From Candidatus Nomurabacteria bacterium (lineage in GTDB: Bacteria; Patescibacteriota; Patescibacteriia; HK-STAS-PATE-3), in NCBI GenBank assembly GCA_023898465.1, contig CP060223.1:384001-448000 (forward strand): 64,000 bases of DNA, written 5' to 3'. Under the pieces are notes generated by a model. That model did not search any database and was not told where the DNA came from. It was given only the letters and a program-made list of their open reading frames with translations. Shown one piece after another: positions 38,515-48,155 of this stretch. Positions within the stretch are counted from its first letter, which is position 1. Every line of letters starts with the position of its first letter. A program made the translations under genes and the position numbers.

Positions 38515-40718
38515 AGTCAGCGCGAACAAAAAACAAAAAAACTCCTAAAGGCTTCACTCTGATTGAGGCTTTGGTTGGCTTAGGCATACTTTCTATTATT
38601 CTTGCGGCCGTTTTGAGTATGTATTACTCAAATTTACAAGCCCTTGGCATTGCGCGCGCCCGACTAACTGCTTCTAGCTTAGCAAGTGAGGAAATTGAAA
38701 TCATCGAAAATCTTCCTTACGCAGATGTCGGCACAACAACTGGCTGGCCTCTCGGTGTGCTGCCTAGCTCTCGACAAGTGAATCGTAATGGTCTGACATT
38801 TACGGTTAGTGTGTACCCTAAATACGTTGACGATCCTTTTGACGGAGATGCATTTGGCACTGTGGCGGGTAAACCTACTGATACGCAACCGAGCGACTAT
38901 AAATTTGTCGAGGTGAGGGTTTGCTGGAGCCATTATCCGTGCAACACGCCTGTCAGTTTAAGCACGCAAATTGTACCGAATGGTGTTGAAACAGATGACG
39001 GTACTGGATCTCTCTTCATTGAAGTATTAAACGCCCAAGGTCAAGCAGTGGGTCAGGCTGATGTAAACGTAGTAAATACAACCACCGTTCCAGTAATAAA
39101 CATTAGCAGCAGCACTGGAACGAATGGGCGCTTACTTTTATCCTCTCTCCCCCCTGCCCTAGACAGCTATCAAATTACAGTTTCAAAAACAGGCCATAAC
39201 AGTGACTATACGGTTACGCCGAGTGTAGCTAATCCCAATCCTACTCGACCTGATACGTCAATTATTGCTGGTGATGTAACTGAATCAACCTTCTTTTTGG
39301 ACCATACGGCAAATCTCGAGCTTTACACTGTAGATGACACATGCACGGCGGTTTCAAATGTGCAGCTGAACCTCCGTGGTGCTTGGTTGGACGGCACATC
39401 ACCTGATGTATATCGCTATGATCAAGCACATACCACGGACGCGCTAGGACATTTGAGTTTGTCGGATTTGCAATGGGATTATTACACGCAGCTAATTGAT
39501 CCAAGTGAAGGACTGGATGTCGCCGGAACAACGATTAGTCAGCCTTATAATGTATTACCAAGTAGTAATCAGACGGTTTACGTCCATCTCGTACCCGATT
39601 CAGCAAATACCCTACTCATCACAGTGAGAGAGGCAGGCACTGCAACACCTCTCTCCGATGCAAGTGTACACGTAGAAGATGGCGTTGACTTTGACGAAAC
39701 AAAAACGACTGGACAAGGCACCTTAACGCAAAGTGACTGGTCAGGTGGATCAGGTCAAGCCGACTATAGTGACGAAACAATGTACTTTAGTCAGGATGGA
39801 AATATTGACGACACAAACGCGGGAGATATTACCCTTGTACAAGATCCCGGCAACGGAAATTTTAGTGAAGATTTTACCACTGACGTATACAAGGATCCGG
39901 TAACTAGCACAGCTAACTGGGATACGGTGAGTAATCGCGGCGAGCTTAGTTTCGACTTAGGAAATTATCAAAGTCCCGGCACTCTAGCATCGCTACAGCT
40001 TAACAGTGAGGAAGGTATTATCACGAGCGCCACGCTCACTGTTACCGAAGAGCTAAATAGTCAGTCAATTAGTTACGAGCTATCGGCCGATGGTGGTGCA
40101 CACTTTGAGGCGGTTACTCCTGGGATAAATCACACCTTCAGCACCCAGGGCACTGACTTACGCTGGCGAGCAACTCTTAGTACCACAAATACAAGTGTGA
40201 CTCCTCGAATTTTAGATCTTTCCCTGAGTTATAATTATTTAGCGTATCGAGTAAGTGGAACACTCATCTCTTCTACTTTTAATTTTGGACCGGATAGTGC
40301 GTTTGATAATATAATTTGGGCTCCACTTGCACAGCCGAGCGAGGTTGGTAGCACAAGTGTAAAATTTCAAATTGCCACAAACACTGATAATGCAACATGG
40401 AACTATGTAGGCCCTGATGGTACTGCAGGCACATATTACACGACCAGTGGTGACTCACTGTGGTCTGGTCATACCGGTGACCAGTATTTGCGCTATCAAG
40501 TTATACTGAGCACGGCTAATCAAAGCGCTTCTCCAACACTGAGCTCCATATCATTGGTGCATAGCGCTGGTTGTATTCCTCCGGGACAGGTATTTTTTAG
40601 CAGTCTCGATCCAGATACCTATCAAATAACCGTTGATAGAAGCGGGTATCAGCAATTTCTTTCCTCAGTCGATGTGTCCGGCGATACCGTATATTATGTT
40701 GACCTCGATCCATCATGA
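38511..40718 (+). CDS. Giant prepilin-like protein (735 aa) with an N-terminal class III signal G|FTLIE
   Basis: MKSARTKNKKTPKGFTLIEALVGLGILSIILAAVL is a canonical type IV pilin leader plus hydrophobic helix with Glu at +5. It is followed by about 690 aa of T/S/N/D-rich extracellular domain. Confidence 0.6.
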   Translation: MKSARTKNKKTPKGFTLIEALVGLGILSIILAAVLSMYYSNLQALGIARARLTASSLASEEIEIIENLPYADVGTTTGWPLGVLPSSRQVNRNGLTFTVSVYPKYVDDPFDGDAFGTVAGKPTDTQPSDYKFVEVRVCWSHYPCNTPVSLSTQIVPNGVETDDGTGSLFIEVLNAQGQAVGQADVNVVNTTTVPVINISSSTGTNGRLLLSSLPPALDSYQITVSKTGHNSDYTVTPSVANPNPTRPDTSIIAGDVTESTFFLDHTANLELYTVDDTCTAVSNVQLNLRGAWLDGTSPDVYRYDQAHTTDALGHLSLSDLQWDYYTQLIDPSEGLDVAGTTISQPYNVLPSSNQTVYVHLVPDSANTLLITVREAGTATPLSDASVHVEDGVDFDETKTTGQGTLTQSDWSGGSGQADYSDETMYFSQDGNIDDTNAGDITLVQDPGNGNFSEDFTTDVYKDPVTSTANWDTVSNRGELSFDLGNYQSPGTLASLQLNSEEGIITSATLTVTEELNSQSISYELSADGGAHFEAVTPGINHTFSTQGTDLRWRATLSTTNTSVTPRILDLSLSYNYLAYRVSGTLISSTFNFGPDSAFDNIIWAPLAQPSEVGSTSVKFQIATNTDNATWNYVGPDGTAGTYYTTSGDSLWSGHTGDQYLRYQVILSTANQSASPTLSSISLVHSAGCIPPGQVFFSSLDPDTYQITVDRSGYQQFLSSVDVSGDTVYYVDLDPS

Positions 40719-41317
40719 TAAATAGACAAGGGTTTACCATGCTTGAAGTGACGGTTACCATTGCGATATTTAGTTTTATTATGGTTGGAGTACTTTCTTT
40801 TATTGCCTCAAGCTACCAATCCTATTTTAAACTTAACGATCGCACCTCAACCTTGAGTAAAGGTCGGAGTGCAATGGAACGTATGTTAAAAGAAATTCGA
40901 GGTGCGCGTGAAAGTTCCCTTGGCGCTTATCCAATTAATTCAGCTACGGCAAATGAATTCATCTTTTACGCAAATATTGATAGCGATGATCTCACTGAGC
41001 GTGTTCGCTACACGCTGAGCGGAAGCACGCTATCACGTGGTGTTATCAAGCCTGTCGGCACTCCTCTCCAGTATCTCCCTGCAAATGAAGTTGTGAGTAA
41101 TCTCGCGACTGATATTTATAACGGCGCAACGCCAACCTTCGCCTATTATGATGACACCTATACCGGCAGTGAAGCTGCACTTAGTTTTCCAGTAACTGCA
41201 ACAAATGTGCGTTATGTGCAATTTACCTTAAAGGTTGATGAAACGCCCGGTTCACCTCCCGAAGCTGTTGAATTAGTCTCCTCGGCAACTATTCGAAATT
41301 TAAAAGATAACCTCTAG
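40715..41317 (+). CDS. Pseudopilin / minor pilin (200 aa)
   Basis: MINRQGFTMLEVTVTIAIFSFIMVGVL is a prepilin peptidase motif. Confidence 0.65.
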   Translation: MINRQGFTMLEVTVTIAIFSFIMVGVLSFIASSYQSYFKLNDRTSTLSKGRSAMERMLKEIRGARESSLGAYPINSATANEFIFYANIDSDDLTERVRYTLSGSTLSRGVIKPVGTPLQYLPANEVVSNLATDIYNGATPTFAYYDDTYTGSEAALSFPVTATNVRYVQFTLKVDETPGSPPEAVELVSSATIRNLKDNL

Positions 41318-43176
41318 TGAAAATTCCTCGATTACAAAATCAGAGCGGAGTTGAACTCATCATGCTGATTGTGATGAGCGGTGTGTTGCTTTCCATTTTC
41401 ACGGCTGGATTTCTCCTAATTAATGCAGAAAAGCGTTTAACTATCCGATCAGCCGATCGTGAACGAGTGCACGCTATTGCGGAGGCGGGTATTAATTATT
41501 ACCGTTGGCATTTAGCACATAGTCCAGAGGACTATACCGATGGCGATGATATTTTACTTGATGATATTTCTCGGGCAGGATATACCGAAGCCTATCTCGA
41601 CCTTGGCTCTCAATACTATAGCGATGCCACATCCACATTACTTAGTATTCCCGCCTCTCTCGACCAGGCTCTCTGGTTAAGGACAAAACAAGCTGATGCT
41701 GCAGACACATCTGATTCCTTTTTGAGCTTTTGGGTAAATCGACCAGTTATTGTCTCTATTGGTTACGATAATCGTGGTACGGCTCCAACTTGGCTAAGCG
41801 GATCATTCACCGACTCTGGCCAACAAATCCAAGTAAGTGATGCTGGGGCATCTCCGCTGCGTGTTTGGCAAAAACAATTCTCAGCTGGCTCCAGCGTACT
41901 TTTAGGTGGTAATCTAGCCTCTGGAGCAAGTGGCGCACTCTCCATGTACACGATTACACTCACTCCAGTCGATTCAAGCGGTCCGTTTATTCATCCCTAT
42001 ACTGATTTTGATGGAAATGTGATTGGAAGATATAGCATCACTGTGACACCACCTAGCCTAGGTAGCACGATTACCACCGTGAGCTCTACAGGCTACTTAT
42101 TAAGTAGTGAAAAAAGTACACGAACGATAATTGCGCGTTTTGGCATCCCCTCTTTATCTGAGTATGCAGTTGTTGCCAACGATGTTATGCGTTTTGGTGA
42201 AGGCACAGAAACCTTTGGCAAGATACATTCTAACTATGGCATTCGCTTTGATGGACTCGCGCATGGACTTATTACGAGCGCATGCAGCACTTATGATGAT
42301 CCAGATCATAGCGGCCCACAGGAGGATTGCGTACATACTCATCAGCCAAATCCTAATACTGTTTTTGAGGGTGGACGTGAATTTCCCGTTGCCCCAGTAG
42401 ACTTCAATGGCATCACGGGTGATTTAGCAACCCTGAAGACTGCTGCACAAGAACCAAGCGGCGTATACTTATCCCCCTCAGGAGTCCAGGGCTATCATAT
42501 AACACTAAAAACGAACGGGACAATGGACATGCGCCGTGTAACATCTCAAGCGAGCTGCTTATACCGCAGTGGATCATGGCATGCCTATCCTGATGTATTC
42601 TCAATTGGAAATCAAAGTAATTTTACTTACGAAGGTGGGAGTTCTCTCAATGTACCTTTCCCGGCTAATGGAATAATTTTTGCTGAAGATAATATTTGGA
42701 TCGATGGAAGTATTGATAATGCAAAACTTACTATTGTTGCCGCAGAGGAGCCTCTGGCCAGTGGAAATGCAAACATTATTGTAAATAATGATCTCCACTA
42801 CACAAATGAAGATGGCACGGATACCATAGGGCTTATTGCTCAAAATGACTTTCATATTGGCTTCTACAGTGAGGATAATTTAGAGATTGATGCTGCGATT
42901 ATCGCCCAAAAAGGACGGGTGGGTCGTCCCTACTATGCCGACTATGGTTTGCCAAATAACCGCTATAGTCCAAATGCATGTGGAGACTATGTCCACAGGG
43001 ATACCGTCACACTTGATGGCTCAATCGCTACTAATGAGCGATATGGATTTGCCTACACTGACGACACTGGATATCAAAACCGAAATTTGTATTTTGACGA
43101 TAATCTCATTTTTGGTCCTCCCCCCTTATTCCCGACAAGCGGAGAATACGTTATGATTAGTTGGGAAGAACAATAG
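41317..43176 (+). CDS. Large pilus-associated protein (619 aa) with a non-canonical N-terminal anchor; candidate tip adhesin or PilX/PilY1-like
   Basis: The N-terminus QSGVELIMLIVMSGVLLSIFTAG is pilin-like, but the Glu is at +2, not +5. The call rests on position in the operon. Confidence 0.35.
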   Translation: MKIPRLQNQSGVELIMLIVMSGVLLSIFTAGFLLINAEKRLTIRSADRERVHAIAEAGINYYRWHLAHSPEDYTDGDDILLDDISRAGYTEAYLDLGSQYYSDATSTLLSIPASLDQALWLRTKQADAADTSDSFLSFWVNRPVIVSIGYDNRGTAPTWLSGSFTDSGQQIQVSDAGASPLRVWQKQFSAGSSVLLGGNLASGASGALSMYTITLTPVDSSGPFIHPYTDFDGNVIGRYSITVTPPSLGSTITTVSSTGYLLSSEKSTRTIIARFGIPSLSEYAVVANDVMRFGEGTETFGKIHSNYGIRFDGLAHGLITSACSTYDDPDHSGPQEDCVHTHQPNPNTVFEGGREFPVAPVDFNGITGDLATLKTAAQEPSGVYLSPSGVQGYHITLKTNGTMDMRRVTSQASCLYRSGSWHAYPDVFSIGNQSNFTYEGGSSLNVPFPANGIIFAEDNIWIDGSIDNAKLTIVAAEEPLASGNANIIVNNDLHYTNEDGTDTIGLIAQNDFHIGFYSEDNLEIDAAIIAQKGRVGRPYYADYGLPNNRYSPNACGDYVHRDTVTLDGSIATNERYGFAYTDDTGYQNRNLYFDDNLIFGPPPLFPTSGEYVMISWEEQ

Positions 43177-43177
43177 T

Positions 43178-44227
43178 ATGCCACTACCTAATTTCTCAAA
43201 TGCCTTTGGTTTAGAAATACGTGACACGGAAATACGCGTGGCACAGATTCACCGTCATGGAAAAAAGCTCTCTCTTTCTTCTTATGGTTTTTCGCAAATA
43301 CCAAACGGCGCAATGGAGCGAGGAGAGATCCTTAAATCTGATCAAGTAAAGTTAGCTATCCTCAACGCGCTTAAGTCACCTGTTGGGAAAAATTTTAGCA
43401 GTCAGTATGTAGTATGCGCTATTCCTGAGCAGCACGTTTTTACCACAGTCATCACTCTGCCGGCAAAAAAAAGTATTGAGAAAGACGACGTACAAGCTGC
43501 TGCACTACAGCAAATCCCCTATCCATTAGAAGATATTCAACTTGACTGGACTTTGGTAGATAAAGACGCAAAAACAAATTATATCCTTGTAGGGGCTGCC
43601 CCAAAAAACATAATTGCTGCGTATACTCAGGTACTTCGATCGGCGAATCTTATTCCAGTCGCTCTAGAGCCTCAGTCATCATCCATAGCGCGCGCTCTAC
43701 TGACCTCACATGACGCACAAACCCCAACCATGGTGCTGCACTTTGGACAAAAGCTCCTTACTATCTTTATCGTAAATAAAAACGTAGTATATTTTTCATC
43801 CTCTACGCCTATTTTTTCAGGTGAATCGATTATCAGTCTACTCAGTAAAAAGCTTGATTTAAATGCTGATAAGGCACGGAAGGCTGCTCAGTTATTCGGA
43901 TTACAAGCCAAAGAAGGAAAAGGCGAGGTGCGACGCGCACTTCTTCCTGAAATAAGTGCCTTAATGGAACATATTGAACAAATAAAAGAGTACTCAAGTA
44001 GCCACTTACCCGCTCCGGTGCATAACATCAGCACCATGCTAGTAACCGGAGAAATGAGCTCACTGCCTGGCCTAGCTGAATACCTACAGGAAGAGCTGCG
44101 CATACCAATTCAGCCAGGCTTACCTGGTGAGCGATATCAGCTTGAGATACCACAGAAGGAGCTTACATCGCTTGATCTGCAGTCCTCTGCTACGGTCTTA
44201 GGATTAGCTTTGCACGAACTCGCATGA
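43178..44227 (+). CDS. pilM: Type IV pilus assembly protein PilM (actin-like)
   Basis: 349 aa with the N-terminal FGLEIRDTEIRVAQI motif, the expected length, and position ahead of pilN/pilO. Confidence 0.7.
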   Translation: MPLPNFSNAFGLEIRDTEIRVAQIHRHGKKLSLSSYGFSQIPNGAMERGEILKSDQVKLAILNALKSPVGKNFSSQYVVCAIPEQHVFTTVITLPAKKSIEKDDVQAAALQQIPYPLEDIQLDWTLVDKDAKTNYILVGAAPKNIIAAYTQVLRSANLIPVALEPQSSSIARALLTSHDAQTPTMVLHFGQKLLTIFIVNKNVVYFSSSTPIFSGESIISLLSKKLDLNADKARKAAQLFGLQAKEGKGEVRRALLPEISALMEHIEQIKEYSSSHLPAPVHNISTMLVTGEMSSLPGLAEYLQEELRIPIQPGLPGERYQLEIPQKELTSLDLQSSATVLGLALHELA

Positions 44228-44784
44228 AATCACTTAACTTTCTATTTCAAGAAGATCGCCAGGCCCTCCAAAGAGCTTATCAAGAGTTGCGTTTTCAGCA
44301 CACGTCTCTGCTTATTGTATTAAGCGTTGGACTCATTTCCGGACTTGTTTGGGGTACCAACCAGCTCCTTCATGTACGCATTCAACAACTTGACGATGAA
44401 ATCCAATCCACCCAGCAAACCGAACTCGTGCAGCAAACTACTGCCGCTGAATCAAAGGTGCGTGAGTTTAATACTCTAGTAAAGTTTTTTAGTGAAGAGA
44501 CAGAACTCATCTTTCCCCTCAGTGATCGTGTTGCTGAAATTAGTAAGATAATTCCCACAGGAATAAAAGTAGATCAACTTAGCTTAAATATGAATGCAAA
44601 ACAGCTTACCTTAGCTGGCAGCGCAAGCAACCGTGATAGTTACCTTTCCCTACGTGATGCACTAGCAAACACTGGATGGTTTGAGAGCGTGGAATTACCA
44701 ATTACAGATCTACTTAGCCGGGAAAATATCCGCTTTACGCTGCAGACTGATTTAACCGATGAGTTTTTTAACATAAGCAAATGA
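44224..44784 (+). CDS. pilN: PilN-like bitopic membrane protein
   Basis: 186 aa with a single N-terminal TM, then a coiled-coil; translationally coupled to pilM. Confidence 0.5.
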   Translation: MKSLNFLFQEDRQALQRAYQELRFQHTSLLIVLSVGLISGLVWGTNQLLHVRIQQLDDEIQSTQQTELVQQTTAAESKVREFNTLVKFFSEETELIFPLSDRVAEISKIIPTGIKVDQLSLNMNAKQLTLAGSASNRDSYLSLRDALANTGWFESVELPITDLLSRENIRFTLQTDLTDEFFNISK

Positions 44785-45332
44785 AACTAGCCGGACAAAA
44801 AACTCGAGTTTTCATTATAGTCGAGCTTGGTATTTCACTCGCCTTGCTGCTACTCATCATTTTACCAAGCTGGCAAAATATTGAAGGAAGTAAAAAAACA
44901 ATAACAGAACGTCGCGTCACTCAGGCTGAGACAAATCAACTCACCGAGCGATCCAATGATCTTATCCAACGTAGCGGAGAGCTAGAGGGCAAAATTAATA
45001 CTCTGCAGGATCGCCTTATCAGCCCTGCCACTGCACTTGATTTCCTCACCCAGCTAGAATCTACCGCCTCCGCTTCAAACGTTGTATTGGATGTAAAAAG
45101 CTTTGACCAGCCTAGCGCACAAAAAAAGGAAGGGGCGCTTAGCTTGTCAGCCATTGGCAGCTTCAGTGAGGTGCTTGGCTTTATTCATGAAATTGAACGC
45201 TTAAATTGGCTCCTTCAGATAGAGAACGTCAGCTTCTCCCCTAGTGCGGCTAATAACCGCAGCCAATCAGATACAGACACGGGTAACGCAGTGACGCTCA
45301 GTCTCGAGGCGTCTACCTTCTGGAAGGAATAA
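44781..45332 (+). CDS. pilO: PilO-like bitopic membrane protein
   Basis: 183 aa with an N-terminal TM and a coiled-coil; translationally coupled to the upstream gene. Confidence 0.45.
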   Translation: MKLAGQKTRVFIIVELGISLALLLLIILPSWQNIEGSKKTITERRVTQAETNQLTERSNDLIQRSGELEGKINTLQDRLISPATALDFLTQLESTASASNVVLDVKSFDQPSAQKKEGALSLSAIGSFSEVLGFIHEIERLNWLLQIENVSFSPSAANNRSQSDTDTGNAVTLSLEASTFWKE

Positions 45333-45336
45333 TACT

Positions 45337-45612
45337 ATGACACTTTCTCTCTCCTCACTCTCACAAGCCACAAAACGTTTCCACGGTCTCTTACTGAGTC
45401 TTTTTGTCCTGGTGCTGGTAGGCGCACTTGGTTTCTTCCTCTATAGCAACATTTATCAAACCCTTATTCAACCTCAATCGCTTGACTCTATTCTCACTGA
45501 ACGAAAGCAAACCAAGATTCTAACGAGTGAATACGACGACCTTATTATCAGAGATCAAGAATGGAGAGCGGCCCCTAAGCCCGCAAACGCGGTTGATATA
45601 TTTCATCGTTAG
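45337..45612 (+). CDS. Small bitopic membrane protein at the end of the pilus operon
   Basis: 91 aa with one TM; no family recognised. Confidence 0.35.
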   Translation: MTLSLSSLSQATKRFHGLLLSLFVLVLVGALGFFLYSNIYQTLIQPQSLDSILTERKQTKILTSEYDDLIIRDQEWRAAPKPANAVDIFHR

Positions 45613-45676
45613 GAAAACTTGACGAAAATACAGTATATGTGATAGTTTCCCTCAAGTTAGCACTTATTTGTGACCT

Positions 45677-45955
45677 ATGGCCCATACTAAATCTGGAGGT
45701 TCCACTTCGCTAGGACGCGATTCCGCTGGTCAACGACTAGGAATGAAGCGTTTTAGTGGACAGCGTGTCCGTGCTGGTGAAGTACTTGTACGTCAACGTG
45801 GCACTCACCTCCGCCCTGGAGTAAACGTCCGACGAGGCAATGATGATACTCTGTACGCTGTTACCAGCGGAACAGTGCAAGTAAAACAGCGCAAAGTCCG
45901 CCTGTTTAATAACAAGTTAGTTGCTCGACGTTACGTTTCTATTCAGGCTGAATAA
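45677..45955 (+). CDS. rpmA: 50S ribosomal protein L27
   Basis: [31 protein letters not shown]... canonical L27. Confidence 0.9.
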   Translation: MAHTKSGGSTSLGRDSAGQRLGMKRFSGQRVRAGEVLVRQRGTHLRPGVNVRRGNDDTLYAVTSGTVQVKQRKVRLFNNKLVARRYVSIQAE

Positions 45956-45971
45956 CTGATAGCAAAAGCAA

Positions 45972-46000
45972 AGGTAGTCCGACGGGCTATTTTTGTTTTG
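45972..46000 (+). terminator. Weak rho-independent terminator after rpmA: 6-bp stem with two G-U pairs, then TTTTGTTTTG
   Basis: Read as gtagtc-cgacg-ggctat-ttttgttttg. It overlaps the pyrG stop codon. Confidence 0.35.
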
Positions 46001-47630
46001 CCAAGCATGCCCGGACAAACGCTGCGAACAAGGGGTGAGCCTGGGTAGGTCGAGTCAGAAATTCTGGATGAAATTGCACTCCAACAAAGAATGGGTGCCC
46101 GGGTAATTCTACAATCTCTGCCAAGTCCTTTTGCGTATAGGTACCAGAGACAAGCAATCCAGCTTTCTCTAATTCAGGTCGGTATTCATTATTCAATTCG
46201 TAGCGATGACGATGTCGCTCAAGTATTTTTTGCGTTCCATACGCTTTTGCCGCTACGCTATCCTTTTTTAGCTTACAAGGATATTCACCCAAGCGCATTG
46301 AACCGCCGTAATCCTTGTGTTTTAGCTTTTCCTCTTGCTCCGGCAGTATATGAATGACTGGATGTGACGTTTTTGGATTAATTTCCGTGGTATTTGCATC
46401 CTTCCACCCTAATACGTGGCGAGCAAATTCCACTACAGCTAATTGCATGCCATAGCAAAGACCAAAATACGGGATTTTATGCTCTCGAGCATATTGAATC
46501 GCTTTTATTTTTCCCTCAATACCCCTACTGCCAAATCCACCCGGAACAATTAATCCATCAAGCTTATCAAGTCCACGCAGTTTTGAGCTATTTTTTTCAA
46601 ATTCGCTCGAATCTATCCAAACAATTTCAGGCTTGGCATGTACTGCCCAAGCGGCATGCTTAATTGACTCAATAACTGATATATATGCATCGAGCAGGGT
46701 GAAATCGCCGCTACCAAAGTACTTACCAGCTATACCAATTCTCACCTTTTTCTTCGGATTCTCGATTTTTCGATTTAGGGACTTCCAATCTGCTAAATCA
46801 TTCTTGCGGGCTTTTAAGCCAAAGTTATTTAATATCTTATCTGCCAAATGCTCCTTTTCGAAATTCAAAGGAATCTGGTAAATACTCGATACATCAGGCG
46901 CGGAAATGATATCCTTGGCCGGAACGCCTGTGTTCATGGCTATGCGCTCTCTGCGTGGAGCATCAAGTGCATGTGAGCCTCGAGCCAAAATAAAATGCGG
47001 CTGTATACCTGCTGAATTAAGCGTTCTCACCGCATATTGCGTTGGCTTCGTCTTCATTTCTCCTAGATTTCCAGGAATAGGGAGATAGCTTACTAGTACG
47101 TACTGCACATCACCTGGCTGCAATTGGCTTAACATGCGAGCAGCTTCTAGGAAAAGCAAATTCTGATACTCGCCAACTGTTCCGCCAATTTCAATAAGTG
47201 CAATCTCAGCCTTACTCTTCTTCACTGCTTCACGGATGCGGCGAATGACCTCATTTGGAACGTGTGGCACAACCTCTACCTGCTTGCCTCCAAAAGCCAA
47301 ATTACGCTCAGCCTGGATGAGTGACAGGTAAACCGAGCCCGTGGTCATGTAGTTTGTCTTGGTAAGCTCAGTATTCAAAAAACGTTCGTAATTTCCAATG
47401 TCCTGATCCGTTTCCATGCCATCCTTGGTAACAAAAACTTCCCCATGCTCAGTCGGATTCATAGTACCTGCGTCAACATTAACGTAGGGATCTATTTTAA
47501 GTGAGGTAACGCGATAACCCTTACGCTGCAATAAAAGTCCGATCGATGAGGTGGCAACACCTTTACCTAAGCCAGAGAGCACGCCTCCCATTATAAAAAC
47601 ATACTTGGTGGATTTTTTTGATGTGCTCAT
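45987..47630 (-). CDS. pyrG: CTP synthase
   Basis: 547 aa with an N-terminal synthetase domain and a C-terminal GATase domain (GLCYGMQL, HPEF). Confidence 0.95.
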   Translation of the reverse strand: MSTSKKSTKYVFIMGGVLSGLGKGVATSSIGLLLQRKGYRVTSLKIDPYVNVDAGTMNPTEHGEVFVTKDGMETDQDIGNYERFLNTELTKTNYMTTGSVYLSLIQAERNLAFGGKQVEVVPHVPNEVIRRIREAVKKSKAEIALIEIGGTVGEYQNLLFLEAARMLSQLQPGDVQYVLVSYLPIPGNLGEMKTKPTQYAVRTLNSAGIQPHFILARGSHALDAPRRERIAMNTGVPAKDIISAPDVSSIYQIPLNFEKEHLADKILNNFGLKARKNDLADWKSLNRKIENPKKKVRIGIAGKYFGSGDFTLLDAYISVIESIKHAAWAVHAKPEIVWIDSSEFEKNSSKLRGLDKLDGLIVPGGFGSRGIEGKIKAIQYAREHKIPYFGLCYGMQLAVVEFARHVLGWKDANTTEINPKTSHPVIHILPEQEEKLKHKDYGGSMRLGEYPCKLKKDSVAAKAYGTQKILERHRHRYELNNEYRPELEKAGLLVSGTYTQKDLAEIVELPGHPFFVGVQFHPEFLTRPTQAHPLFAAFVRACLAKQK

Positions 47631-48073
47631 TGCTGGACCTTAATAATAATATGAAGCGACCCTTTGAGGGAGTTAATTTGCCAATCAATATTTTGCTCGC
47701 CAGCATTTTTAAGATGCTCTGGAGTAATACGGAAATGTTCAGGCACCCGAAGAGTAAGCTTTTCTTGTAAAGCCTTACGTATATCTTGTGCCCCTAAGCT
47801 GCCGTATAAAGTGCCGTCGCTATTTCCTTTTGCAAGCAGTTCAAGGGAGCTTTTTTCTATGGCCTGCTGGAGCTTTTTCAGTTGAGCATGGTTTTTTACT
47901 TCCTCATCTTTTTGCTTCTTCGCCTTCTCCTTTGCTTGAGCAATCGCTTCTGGTGATGCCACCTTGGCTAAATTCCTCGCAAACAAAAAGTTGCGGGCAT
48001 ATCCGGGCTTCACATGGTGAATTTCCCCGGCTTTTCCAAGCCCTGGTACTGAAGCTATGAGGATAACGTCCAT
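47627..48073 (-). CDS. rplI: 50S ribosomal protein L9
   Basis: MDVILIASVPGLGKAGEIHHVKPGYARNFL. The start is chosen at the internal Met. Confidence 0.8.
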   Translation of the reverse strand: MDVILIASVPGLGKAGEIHHVKPGYARNFLFARNLAKVASPEAIAQAKEKAKKQKDEEVKNHAQLKKLQQAIEKSSLELLAKGNSDGTLYGSLGAQDIRKALQEKLTLRVPEHFRITPEHLKNAGEQNIDWQINSLKGSLHIIIKVQQ

Positions 48074-48155
48074 ACTTGAATTCATGCGCATTTTAGCACA
48101 TGATGTGCAATCTGAAAAAGCTTCGCGCTATTTAGGCTATTTCGCAGCCTTTTTA

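Noticed and set aside
48100-48155. Hairpin aggct-N7-agcct followed by TTTTT between ctpA and rplI
   Set aside because: The T-tract lies on the plus strand, but no plus-strand gene ends here. The reverse-complement hairpin lacks a U-tract for the minus-strand ctpA. I judge it too weak to call a terminator.
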